In this document: positions 49,390 through 60,554 of the stretch, piece by piece
Layout of the letters: each line of letters starts with the position of its first letter
Numbering within the stretch: position 1 is the first letter of the stretch
Origin: Raillietiella orientalis
Lineage: Eukaryota
Length of the DNA stretch: 64,000 nt
Direction of reading: 5' to 3'
NCBI GenBank assembly: GCA_036172245.1
Contig: JAYWIR010000013.1
Location: forward strand, 3,658,001 to 3,722,000
Made by a program: the position numbers and the translations under genes
Notes under the pieces: model-generated
Seen by the model: only the letters and a program-made list of their open reading frames with translations
Database searches by the model: none
What the model was told of the DNA's origin: nothing

Positions 49390-50550
49390 ATGGGGGAAGG
49401 ATGAGGGAAGGCCAGGAAGTCGGTGCGCGCGCATTCGGCAAGAATGGGTCGCATCCAGAAACCCGCTGGACGGACGGCACGGGACGGAGCAGCGCGCGGA
49501 ATCGACAGGCAGCGGCAGGGGCCACCTGCCCTCCGAGCGTGCGGAGACCTGCTCGCGCGCGCGCGCCTTCGGGGCAAGCGAGCTGCACCGAAGAGGGCGC
49601 ACGGGTGGCACGGCTCCGCTGGTCAGAAGGCGTCCAAGGTCCGTCTTATCCACGAGAGGGTCGCAGACAGAGTCAGGGGAGGGGCAATAGGGGGATCCTT
49701 ACCCGCTCGGGCGACCGTGCGCCTGCGCGCGCCTCCGCCGGGTTCGAACTCCAGTCCGGAGAAGAATCGACGCCAAGAACGAAGGGTGCGTCGTGGGTTT
49801 CGAGTTCTCCCGCGAGATGGCGCTGGTTGGCCTGTAGGTTTCCTGTGCGGCGCTGGCGGAAGCAGCCGGACACCCCGGGGTCTTTCCAGGAATGCAAGGA
49901 GCCCTTCGGAGCTCTCCCCCGGGTCTCTAAAGCTGCGGAGCTGCTTGATGTCCCCCCCTCCCTTACCAACAACAAAAAAAGGCTCGAAATCGCCCTGCGC
50001 CGCACCGCTGGCTCTCATCTCGCCGCCGCGGATGTGACAGCGGCTGATGCCGTAGCTCGGACTCGTAACGATGCCTTCGCCTTCCGCTTGTCCACCGAGC
50101 CTCCCCGCCGATGCATTGGGCGCCTCCTCTCTCTGGCGGCGTAGGTGAGGAAGGTCCTTCGTGTAGGCCGCTGCTTGCGGACGGTGGACCCGCTGGCGGC
50201 GATGCACGCGGGTCCGCCCTTCCATCTCTGCTCGACAGTGCAGGCGTCAGCTTTCCTGCTTTCCCTTCCCTTTCGGGTCGTGGTTGGCCAGCGGCGGCTG
50301 CCTGACGATGGGAGGCGACGGGGGACAACGCGCCACATCGTGGCGGGCGTTCTGGTGGGATGCGGCTGCTTGCGCAGCGAAATCTCCCTCTCCCGCCGTT
50401 GGAATGAGGGTCGTCTCTGGTGGTCGAGGGGTTGCCTGGCAGCGGATCTTTGTCGGGAGCGAAGTACGCGCAGAGTGGCGCCGATTTGGCGGCTCTCGTG
50501 CGCATTTCTCCCGGCAGCGCCGGCGCGTTTCTTTTGTGGGGAAAAAAAAA
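49390..50550 (-). mobile_element. APE-endonuclease remnant related to A and C
   Basis: SWKDPG...QRHLAGELETHDAPFVLGVD. 49730-49910 is homologous to 5060-5290 and 11800-12000. Confidence 0.55.
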
Positions 50551-50654
50551 GGAATAATTTCGACAAGTAATAGTAAATAAATTTAGCAGTTATATTACAA
50601 AAACAGAATTTTAAAAATTAACAAGTCATTCATGAAGGTGGGTAATGGCAGTAC

Positions 50655-50880
50655 AATGCCACCCGGTTGCGCAGGGACGTTTATTTTTTTCTTAAAACAA
50701 ACTACAAGTTAGGGCGGAAAAGAATCCCCTCAAAATACAAGAAATGCCCGATAAAAAAGTTCATCCGGGACAACCACCGGCACGCAGGCCGGCTTCCAAA
50801 AAGTAGGGAACAGAGGGAGGGGACAACAAATGAATAAATAAAAAGACAGGAGGGTGGGGACAAGGGTCTTTCGTTGAAGA
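50655..50880 (-). mobile_element. Solo 3' UTR fragment J of the E/G/H/I family
   Basis: Reverse complement shows a pyrimidine tract, GCCGGCCTGCGTGCCGGT and GTTTGTTTT...AAATAAACGTCCCTGCGCAACCGGGTG. Confidence 0.68.
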
Positions 50881-50929
50881 CGTTCTTTTCCTTTCTAGAA
50901 GCGGCTCTAGACGGTAGCGATCTGCCTAG

Positions 50930-52475
50930 CGACCTCTGGCAGATGAGACCACCTTGCTGCTGTCCTCATGACGGCTGCTGCCATGCTGGCGGCCTCTCTT
51001 AGCTTCAAACCTGACTCCAGCACGTGGCAGGCTGTCACCATGGCGCTGATGCATCATCTCGTCGCGATCACAGAGACCTTCTTTAGCCCTCTTTCTGCGA
51101 AGAAGCGTTGCAGCAAATCCGTTCCAGTGTCCTGCGGTAGACGGAGTGCCGAAGCGAGACTCCTCCACAAGTCCTCCAGGGCGCTGCAGCCCAACAAAAG
51201 TTGCGGGAGAGACTCCATCTCCTCTCACCTTAAACAGTTCAGGGATGCAGCTACCCCGGAATGACCTCCTCCCAGATGTCGGCGCTGACTGCACTGGAAT
51301 CCCCCCAGTGCAGAAACAGAAGAACATCCTGAACGTTTCCATCGGAGCGGGAACACGGAGGTGTCCACACACAAGGGACGGAAGACGAGTTCTTTAGGGG
51401 GTACATCAAGCAGGAACGTGTCCAGCTGCATACTGGAGCTCCGGCGAGTGGCCAAGCTGACCAGGACAAACACCTGGCTCTCCTGCCGGCCCGCGAACGG
51501 TAGCTCCTGGTTGCAGGAAACCGTTCTCACATGGGCCAAGAGCAACGAAGCGAGCCCGGAGATGCGGCAGCGACTGCTGCACTCCTTCGACAACAACCTC
51601 CCTCTGCAGGATATCATCGTGCAGCCCACCACCACGTGTGCGTGGTGGTGGACTGGAACATTCCTAGCCGCCTGGTTACTGCCCTCCCTCAGGGAGCACC
51701 TGGGCAGTAACCAGCCGACTAAATGAGTGGTCCGATGTGAGATCGGAGGAAAAGCGAAGGAATCAGGTGGTTGTACCACGGGCCAGCTCACGGATGCTGC
51801 AACCCCAAGTGCACCACCAAAAGGATGCTCTGGAGATCCCACAGGAAGACCCCGAGTGGCCCCCGGCCCTGAAGAACAACCCTCCCCCGGAAGTGGCAGG
51901 AGTGGGCACTTCTGCTGTTGCACTGTGTCCCCTGCACCTGCTCGTAGACTGTGTTGCCCTCCAATCCCTGCGGTTGCGTTACGCAACGACCCTTGGGGCA
52001 TCAAAAGATAATCCCAGAGACGTGTTGAAGCACCTCTTCGTGAGCGATGCCCTTTCACCTCCGCATTGCTAGCAGCTCTTTGCTGCCTGCGTGGGATTGT
52101 GGCAGCCTGGAGCTACGCTAGAGGAGGACGACGCGATAGGGACGTCATCTGCTCCGACCTGCGCTTCCTGCGGACGGCAGCAAGATGGCCCCACCTGGGA
52201 CACTCACAGATGGAACTTGCCAGCATCCTGGAAAGGATTCAGAAGACGCCCTCCAGTAAACAGTGATCCCTTCCCTAAGCCTCCCAATTTTTGTAAATAC
52301 TTTTTTTTTTATTTTTTATTTGTCCCCTCCAATGCCGAGGAGAATCTCGCCGGTCTGCGGGCCGGTTACCGCTCAACAAATTTCGAACATTTTCGGACGA
52401 TTTAGGGTCGATGGCCCTACACATGTATGTTTATTTTTAATAATAACCGCACCGGCGTTACCCGATGTTAAACCA
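50930..52475 (+). mobile_element. 5'-truncated L1/Tx1-like copy H
   Basis: LPSLREHLGS...GQLTDAATP...LAALCCLRGI...RWPHLG...ELASILERIQKTPSSKQ* (52266), homologous to E, G and I with the same 3' UTR layout. Confidence 0.78.
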
Positions 52476-52479
52476 AGCA

Positions 52480-55400
52480 GGTTGCTCCCCACTGGAAGAG
52501 TCCCTTTGCCCGAAAACGAAGGATGGAGCCATCAACCAGCTCGCCCTCTCGTCTGGCAGTCGTCTAGGAGTTTTTCGATTCCTGCACTGTTGCAGGAGAA
52601 CTCCCGCCCCGCCGGTTGGCTGTTGTCATTTCTTGCCCTGAGGGAATACAACGCAGCGGGGAGGGGTGAGACGGCTACCCGGAACCACTGCGTCCAATTC
52701 TGCAGAAGATCTCCCAGCGATTTGCGCAGGAGAGTATGCAACGTTCGCCGTTCCTCTGCGCGCACTTCCAGAGCTCCACGTTCCGGAGGAGTCCTTTGTT
52801 CGGAGCAGTCACCGGAAGAGGTCCACGGGGGGAAATCAGGGAATGGATCAGGGAAGGTATCGAGCCCTTCTGATTGATCCCCCCTCTCAAGGATGCCGGT
52901 AAGTTCCTCCCAGTTGGGTGTCAGGCGCGACCGTCGCACCGCAGTCCTTAGGAACGAGAAGACGAAAGAGATGATGACGGCTTCTCTGTTGTTCCGGCCT
53001 CTGCCGTCGGGGGCTTCCAGCCACCACGGTCCCGTGGAGAAGGCTGAAAGACTGCAAGATCCGCCGCAGGCGACATCCCTCCAAGCGGGAGGAGGCACCT
53101 GAATGAGGTCCTCGAGGGGTCTTCTGGTAAGTTCAAGGACATGGTCAGACGTGTCCCCTTCTCCCCCCCCCGCGCACACCGGAGGGCAGCATGCACTCCG
53201 AAAGCAGGTGCGGCGGGGTTTCGCTTTGGCCGCCCCTGCCACCCTCTGGGGCCGTACTTACCCTGGTCCAGCGGTGGAGGCGCGCGTTGCATGGGATGGC
53301 CAATGCGGCAGTTGCGATGCTCTGAGTTCTGCCACTCCAGAGGAAGGGAAAAAGCTGCCGAAGAGCACCACGGGAATCACTCCCTCCGATGGGATTCCAA
53401 GGAGTCCATCAGGGAAGACGGCGGGGGTAGAAGCGTCCGCCAGTTGACGCGCCGTCCAGCATCCCAGGGCTCCTTTCCTGTGATCCCGCAGTTCGTTTCC
53501 CTTCTTGAGGGCTGGCGGCCGTCCTGACTATCCTGGAGGGATGTCAGCGTCGCAGCAAGAGGGGTTTACTATGCCCACGGGGCCTTCCTGGGGGCAGTCC
53601 GTCTTCCCCTTCAGAGAACAGCGAGCGCAGCTGGGGTGCCACAGATGTCGCGCTTCTTCAAGGCTCGTGCCGCTGATCTTCCCCCACCATCTGAACTGCA
53701 ACTTCCTGTCTCCAAGAACCACAGTTCTTCGGCGAGCAGGAGGTCTGGGGTTGGCCTTGAGCCAAGGCAACTGTCTGCCGAGTGGCACCCACGTCGGTGA
53801 ACTCTAGGGCGGTTGAGGAACGAGGTGAGTTGACTGCGATTCCCCGGGACGCTTCGGTGAACGTCGCCAGAACGTCGCCTCCGGGCTGCTCCCTTCCCAC
53901 AGAGCGCCCGGGGAGACACGGGACCTCCGCATGCCCCGGAAGGCTTTTCTTAGAAGAATCTCAGTCCGCTTCCTCATGCCGCTCGGAGAAGGAAGAGGGG
54001 AGGGCAGAGGACGGTGGCCACGAAAGTGTTGCAAATGACGGTCTCTTGCGGCAGGAAGCGGAACCTGCCATCCCGGAACGGGTCGGGGGCCGGCTCTGCC
54101 TTCTGAAGACAGATGGACCATGCCCCCTTCTACACGGCACCGAGGTACATGAAGTCCCGAACTGTGGAGGGTCCACTGGAACCTCCCGCCCGACGCCCGC
54201 CGACACCATTGAATTCGGGGGTGGAGGTGAACCCGAACTGCGGCAGGTGATGCTGAAGAGAGTCCCTCCCGCACCTGCTAGTGGATTGTGTTGCCCTCCT
54301 CCCCCTCTGAGAACGCTTTGCCGCGCCCACGCGAATCCCCGAGGGCAGCCCCAGAGACGTTCTGAAGCGTCTCTTCCTGCGCGACGTCCTCACTTCATGA
54401 GGACAGCGTCAAGATGGCCTCATCTGGGAATCTTGAAACAGGAATTTGCCGGCATCCTGGCAAGGATACAGAGGACACTCTCGAGCACACAGTGATGTCT
54501 TCCCGAACTCCCCTTCCCAAGTGTTTGTATCTTTGTTTTCTTTCTTTCTTTTGGTTTGTCTCCCTTTCCCCTGTGCTGCCGTGGCGAACCTCGCCGGCCT
54601 GCGCGCCGAATCTCGGCAGGTTCCTTTTGTATATTCTGTAACGTGGCAGGATCACGCACCTTGCCACTGACTTCCATGTTTATTTTATGCAAATAAACGG
54701 CCCCGGCGCAACCAGGTGTCAAACCACAGGGACGCCATGATCCCCACCGTGTCCCCCTTTCCGAGGATGGCAACGAGCTTGCCGCACCCCTTATGCCGCG
54801 CAACTTGCCTGCCTTCCGGAGACGGGATGCTGAGGATGTCTGGGAGGTCGTTGTGACCCGTCCTCCCTTTGCTTCCCCCTTCCCTCCCAGTCTTTTTAGT
54901 TCCGGTCTTTTTGAAAATCTATGTTCGCTGCCAGAATGGCATAGATGAACATAGATGTTTACCTCTCCCTCCCTCCTCCCCCCTGATTTTCCCCGCGCGA
55001 GGACCCAGCTGGGCGGCCCAATAACGATCAGAAATGCCTCCTAGGCGTGCGCTGACGACGTCGGGCTACCACCGTGACCCCACTGCGAACGAATGACCTT
55101 TTGGTTTTCTTGACTGCCCACTTGCGAATGGGTTTTCCCCAGTCTGACGTACGGCGGAGCGAATTCATCCGTTCTTTTAGGTTCAGCGGGGAACGCACTT
55201 TGGACCGACTTCTTCCCTTCGAACACGCTTTGAACTTTGCCCTCGATATTCCAGGAAAACCTGAAATGTCGAGGGTGTTCCGTCGGGAGCCTTTTCAGGG
55301 TTCAGGCGCCCCCGGAGCGCCAGCCGCTCCCCGTGCTAGTCGCATCCTAGCGAAACATGGCTTATTCCGCCCTTGCGGCATCTGCAGCGGACGTCCCCGG

Positions 55401-56700
55401 AATGACCCGGCAAAAGGCGGGATGGGGAGGGGAGGAAGAGCAAGCGGTACGTTCCCGTGCCGGAAGAGAAGAGGGGGAGCATTCCTCTGCCTCCGCGAGA
55501 GAGACTCCTCCCTGGACGTTTGTCGTCCGAGGAAGGGAAGCGCTGCAGCCCCGGAGGGCAAGGTCAGGTCGATGCGCCTGTGAACATCCTTCACTCTTCT
55601 CCTCAACCTTGACCTCAGTTGAATGACCTCCTTTTGTTCCTGCGGAACGCTGCCCCCAAGGAGCTCCTCCCTCCGGACTGTGTCTCCCTTCTTCCAGAGA
55701 GCACCCTTGCCGTTCACCCCCCGGTGAAGCGCGCCCTGCTGCTGCGGGGGGGGTGCTTCCGGGATTGGTCAAGCGCCCTTCTCCGCGTTCCGGAGTTGGC
55801 CTTCGCTCCCCTCCCTTCTTCCTTCCGGAAGGCGCTCTCCCCGCGCCTCACCATCGGAGAGGCGAGACAGACAGCGAAGCATTTAAAGGGGGTCGCATGG
55901 CCAGAGGGAATCAATGAGCGCACGGCGCCTGGATGCCCTTGGTGATCTCCGCTCCCTGCCGTGCCCCCTAGCAACCGCAGTGGTGGTGGGTTGGAGAACG
56001 AGGTTTTTTCCTGAACCCCAGGTTCTACCCTCCCCCTTTTCCCTCGAAAATTTCGGGGTTCCTGCTGCACCACCCCCGCACCGCTGCCTTCCTCTGTCCG
56101 CTCGTGGATGGCCCCGCGACGTTCTCGCGTCCCTTCCACGAATCGCGTAGGGGCGACCTACGAGCGGAGGCGGCCGCCAACCTGCTCGAAACGTCCCGGC
56201 GAAAGATGCCGCCGGCGTCGGGTGCGCGCGTCGCGGGGTTCCAAGGAAGCGTTGCATCACGCGGTGAGGTCGGCGGCAAAGGTGACTCCCCTGGGTGGAA
56301 ATGGAACTTGAGGACTGCGCTCCCGTTCGGAAGCGGGGAGGAAACCTTCTTTGCACAGCTGAGTGATGGTCGGTTAAGGGGCAGCAGCAACAGATCGCGC
56401 CTGTTGTGCAGGCTTGCAGCAACGGTTTCAACGTCTACAAATCTACTCGCGAATCTAAAATCAGCTCCTCCCTGCGCTGGATTGTTTTCCTCCTCTTTCC
56501 GAGGAGATCGTTTCCCTGGCACGGCTGCTTGCATTTTCCGACACGGAGAGATGCCGCTTATTTTCGGAACGGAGGACGGTGAAAGAGGGGACAGCCATTC
56601 GTTTGTGGTTCAACGTAGGAACGCACGTAAAAGTCCTTCGCGCGGAAGGAAACGGGATCGCTTGGAAACCAGGGCTTTCCCGATGTTCGGAAGGAGCATT
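52480..56700 (-). mobile_element. Degenerate L1/Tx1-like ORF2 element K (different family), split by copy I
   Basis: Colinear motifs: LRDSWK (APE, ~56140), KAPDG...FSWNI...VFE (RT domain 0, ~55230-55290), VVSARLG...QLG (~55010-55060), VRDFMYLGAV...ICNTFVATVL (thumb, ~54010-54160) and C..CAGGGEGDTSDHVL (zinc finger, ~53140-53200). Confidence 0.62.
54190..54725 (+). mobile_element. Short 5'-truncated copy I nested antisense within element K
   Basis: ESLPHLLVDCVAL...MRTASRWPHLGILKQEFAGILARIQRTLSSTQ* (54495), ending AATAAACGGCCCCGGCGCAACCAGGTGTCAAA. Confidence 0.82.
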
Positions 56701-57799
56701 TCTCGATCCTCTGGAGCTACGGGAAACCACCTTCCCCCAAGTGCCCCGAACTGTCCGCGCGCAGAAGACTTCTGTCGGATGTGGACGGTGGCTGCGGTCG
56801 GCAGACACAGATCCCAGCCGCCGACGCAGAGGGAGAAGACGAGGATGCTTGCCCAGGTGACGTACGGGTGGCGCTCGAGGGGCAGAGCGATTGTTCGGTG
56901 GGGGTAAAGTTCGCCAAGAGGGATCGCTGCTCCCTCCGCTGCCGAGCGAGTCGTTAGCCTCTCCCACCGTGTGATAGCCTCGTTCATAACTTTGCGGAAA
57001 CCGCTCCGCACAACGCGAATGCGATTAGCGTCATGGCAAGCATTTTTTTTTTTTTTTTTCCGGTCGGCTACGAAACGAGGAAGGGTTCGCAGTGTAAACG
57101 AGAGATCCGTTTCCTTTTCTTCAGCGGGGAGGGGAGCTACGCAGATGAGTGAAGAATTTGCCCGCCCGCGGCGCATCTCAAGCCACCGTGCGTCAAAGCA
57201 GCAAAAAGAAGAAGAAGAAGAAGCAAAAACCAGTTGCGCACTCCACGTGCACAAGCAGAATTCGATTCACCGTCTGCGCTGCCGTGGGACATCTTCGATC
57301 CTTTGGGCCGATGTTGCCCCGGTAGGTCCGAAGCCAGGCCCTACTACCCTTGCCGACATCTTTCACGCTAACGGCGCGCAAAGTTGTCAGCCGCTGCTGA
57401 TGGCAGCAGTCGCGACTGCGCTCTCAGGCGGGGGGGGGGGGTGGAGGGCGCGGTTCGGCAAGCTGCTCGCGAAAACGAGTGCAAGGCCGAGGATGGAGGG
57501 AGTTTCGCCATAAGGGGAGTCTTCGCAGGGTCTTCGCCATGGCGAAACGAGTGCAAGGGTGGGTACCCAGGCAGAGGAGGAGGAGTTTCCCGCTCGCGGC
57601 ACATCTCAAGCTGCCGTACGTCGAAGCAGCAAAAAGAAGAGCCAGCAAGGCTCTCGTCGGCCAGCTGGGGAGCCCCGAAAAGGTTCCGTGACCCAGGTGA
57701 GAGGCGGAGACTTCAGAGCGAGCGAACGACAGCCACGCTTACGTTGACAGACCGGCGCGGAGGCACTCCTTTTTCCAGATCGGTGGACGGTTTTTCGCC

Positions 57800-58600
57800 T
57801 TTCCTTGTGAAGCCGCTCTCGGAGCGAGCGGACCAGAGAATTCAAATGCGCAGAAGGCACAAAACATGGCGGCTGTCCAGCTGGGGAGAGAGGGGGAAAG
57901 GCGTGACGCAGGGCTTCCAGTCTCTCACGACGCGGCCCGCGGGATTTCAAAAAGAGAGGTGCACGGCAGCACTTTCTGCAGACAGGCGGAAAGTGCTGCT
58001 GACGTTCAGCAGCGCGAGGAAGACCTCGGAGATAGGACGACGACGACGATGCGAGGCCACCATCCGTGGTGGGAGCAAAGATGGCTACCCCCCCCCCCCC
58101 CCAGGGGGCCACGCGCCTCTGCCGGAACTTTGCTTCGCGATCAGCCGCACACTGACCAAGCTCGCGCGAAGCAGGTGCTATGAGGGCACAGAGTGGCAGT
58201 GCGTGGCTGGAAGGTGGCGAACCGCCCGGCGAAGGAACTCGTGGCCGGATGAGGGGGGGGTGAGGAGGAAGAGAGAAGCTGGCGGTTAAGCAATCCGAGG
58301 GAGTTTCGCAGGAAAAGACGTCGGCAGCGACTTCGTGGCGTATGTCCCTGCCGTTTGGGAAGGCGGGCGGAGCAGCAGCCAAGCGCAATGCTCCTCGGTC
58401 AGCGGGTTCCGGCCTAGAGGCGGTGGCAGGGGAAGGAGGCCTTCCTTTCACCTCAGGCCGCATGCCGTTGAGGAAGTGTGTTCGGAGACACAACCGTAGA
58501 CGCAACGAATGGCATTTATTCCCAAGATGGAAACCAACGTTCCGTCGCTCCCGAGGACCGAAGGCCTCGGATTCGTTTTCGCATTCACAGAAGGAGAAAA
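57800..58600 (+). mobile_element. Possible Tx1-like ORF1 remnant
   Basis: RKVLLTFSS...PLPELCFAISRTLTKLA...WRTARRR resembles the ORF1 motifs in the other remnants. Weak. Confidence 0.3.
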
Positions 58601-60390
58601 GATGGGAATGTCTGCATGATCGGAGCTGCCAGGGATGCACGGTGGCCCTCGGCATGGGCAGCATGGGGAAAATTCGACCTCACCTCCTTGCAGCCGGCTG
58701 CGAAACGCGAAGAACTCCCAGTTCAGCCGATTAACCGATCGTCTCTTGGAGCGCGGCATCGAGGAAGCATCCAGTGGACCAGGATTGCCCGTGTCCACTG
58801 CGGATCGGCGGTGCTGACACGTGCAACCTCGTCGGTGGTGAGACGCTTTTGCTCGATCAAAACCGCGGAAAAAAAAAAAAAAAACCCCTCATCACGAAGA
58901 AACTCCTTGCCCGAGTCCTGGGGCGCACGTGGGGGGGATCAGGGAGGAGAAGGCGACATGGCTTCAGAAACCCCTCGTCTCCGGGCTCGTTTCTTCCTGG
59001 CTGCTGACGTTGATGGGAACGTCCCGAAGATTCGGGTGATTTGGTGAATTCCTTGTGAACGCCGACGCCGGGAGTCACGAGGGAACGGAGGGATTGAAGT
59101 CGACGGTGGCAGCGACGGGGAAGATTGCTGCCGCGGGCCGCTTGCATTCAAGCTGCGAGGGGGCGCACGACGAATTCCGGGAACGGTGGGGAGACTGCAG
59201 GGGCACAGTTCCAGAAATTTCTGGCTGCCACCGATGCGTTTCAACGAAGAGCTCGGAAGAAGACCCCGCGTTTTTTTATCTGTTCTAAAAAACCGGAAGC
59301 CTTGAATGAAAGTCCTCACACGTAACTCGAATTTGGATAATGGGAAGGGCGAAAATGTGATGTCCTTTCCGTGGTGTTATCCTTGAAATGGAAAATCATT
59401 TTCTAAAAAGTGGACGGCATTGAAATTACTATGCGTAATTGAATCCTTTGGACGTCACCAATTAAGTATCGAAGATGAATGCAATCTCGAAATGATTCCA
59501 TCACTTGAAACTCTGCGGCCTACGGATGCTGCTCGGAATTACAATGTATCGCTATGTAAAGTTTCCAAGTCGGCCTTCTCAAAGGGAGCGCTACCGAGTG
59601 CTTACGAACTATCCTTTGGTCTCTGAAATGAGGGAGCACAAATTTGGCCTTTCCGATTCGCTTGCAAGAATCGGCGAGGGGATTGCCGAAGGCGTTTTTG
59701 ATTTTCCTCCGTAGAAGGTCGGTTGTGTGCGCTGAAGGGCCGAGAAATCAATTCAGAGACGCAGATGCATCTGGATCACGTATCCGGGCATCGCGAACCC
59801 CGTTGCCATGGCGTGGGCTTCTGGAATGGCGCTTCCTAGCTTTCTGGAGATGACATCCCGAGGGAGAACAAAGAAAGGGCTCGAGGTTTGGCCATCGGAA
59901 ATTTGCTTCGCCCCCGCAGCTTCTGGAGCGCGGATTGGCCCGACAACAGCGCCGGCAAAAAAAAAAAAAAAAAACCGGAGTCTTTTTCGACTTTGCTGTT
60001 CGGTCTTCCAAACTGCGACGGACTCTTGCAGCAGCGTCATCACCACCCCACCAGATGAAAAGCGAGGCGCAACCCACAGTCCCGATGGCGGCCGTTTCCC
60101 TGCTGGGATGTTGCGGGGCATCATCTTCGCCGCGCAGCATCCGAGTTCCGATCGGCGTGCGAGTACCGTCCGCGGTTCCCACCGGGGCATTCCGAAACAC
60201 TCGCGGTGAACAGGGCGCACGAACCGCGAAAGCACGCCCGGGGGCAAACACGGATCGCGGCGGGCGTGTTTTCGAGACCACTTCGCTCGAGGCGCCGTTG
60301 ATAGATGGCACTGGCGGGGGGGGGAAGGGGTTGCCTTGGATACCGGCAGTTCGCCGTGCCGAAGGTGTGCGCGCGGCCATCGCAACCCAG

Positions 60391-60399
60391 TCAGTCAGT
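60391..60399 (+). promoter_or_regulatory. Initiator-like TCAGT motifs upstream of transketolase
   Basis: Tandem TCAGTCAGT about 55 nt upstream of the ATG, matching the arthropod Inr consensus TCAKT. Confidence 0.4.
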
Positions 60400-60450
60400 G
60401 CACGCTGCATCCTCCTCGGCAACGGACCGTGTTCGAAATTCGAAGCAGAG

Positions 60451-60554
60451 ATGGAAGGAGGACGCACCAAGGAGGAACTGTACCAGGAGCTGAAAGACAT
60501 TTCGTACAGACTACGAATCGACTGCGTTCGGGCCACGAACGCCAGCAAATCCGG
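60451..60554 (+). CDS. TKT: Transketolase, first coding exon (exon 2 not found in this window)
   Basis: MEGGRTKEELYQELKDISYRLRIDCVRATNASKSG matches the animal TKT N-terminus (L..LKD...RLRI..I.AT....SG[HPTS]) and ends at a phase-2 GG|GTGAGA donor. Confidence 0.88.
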
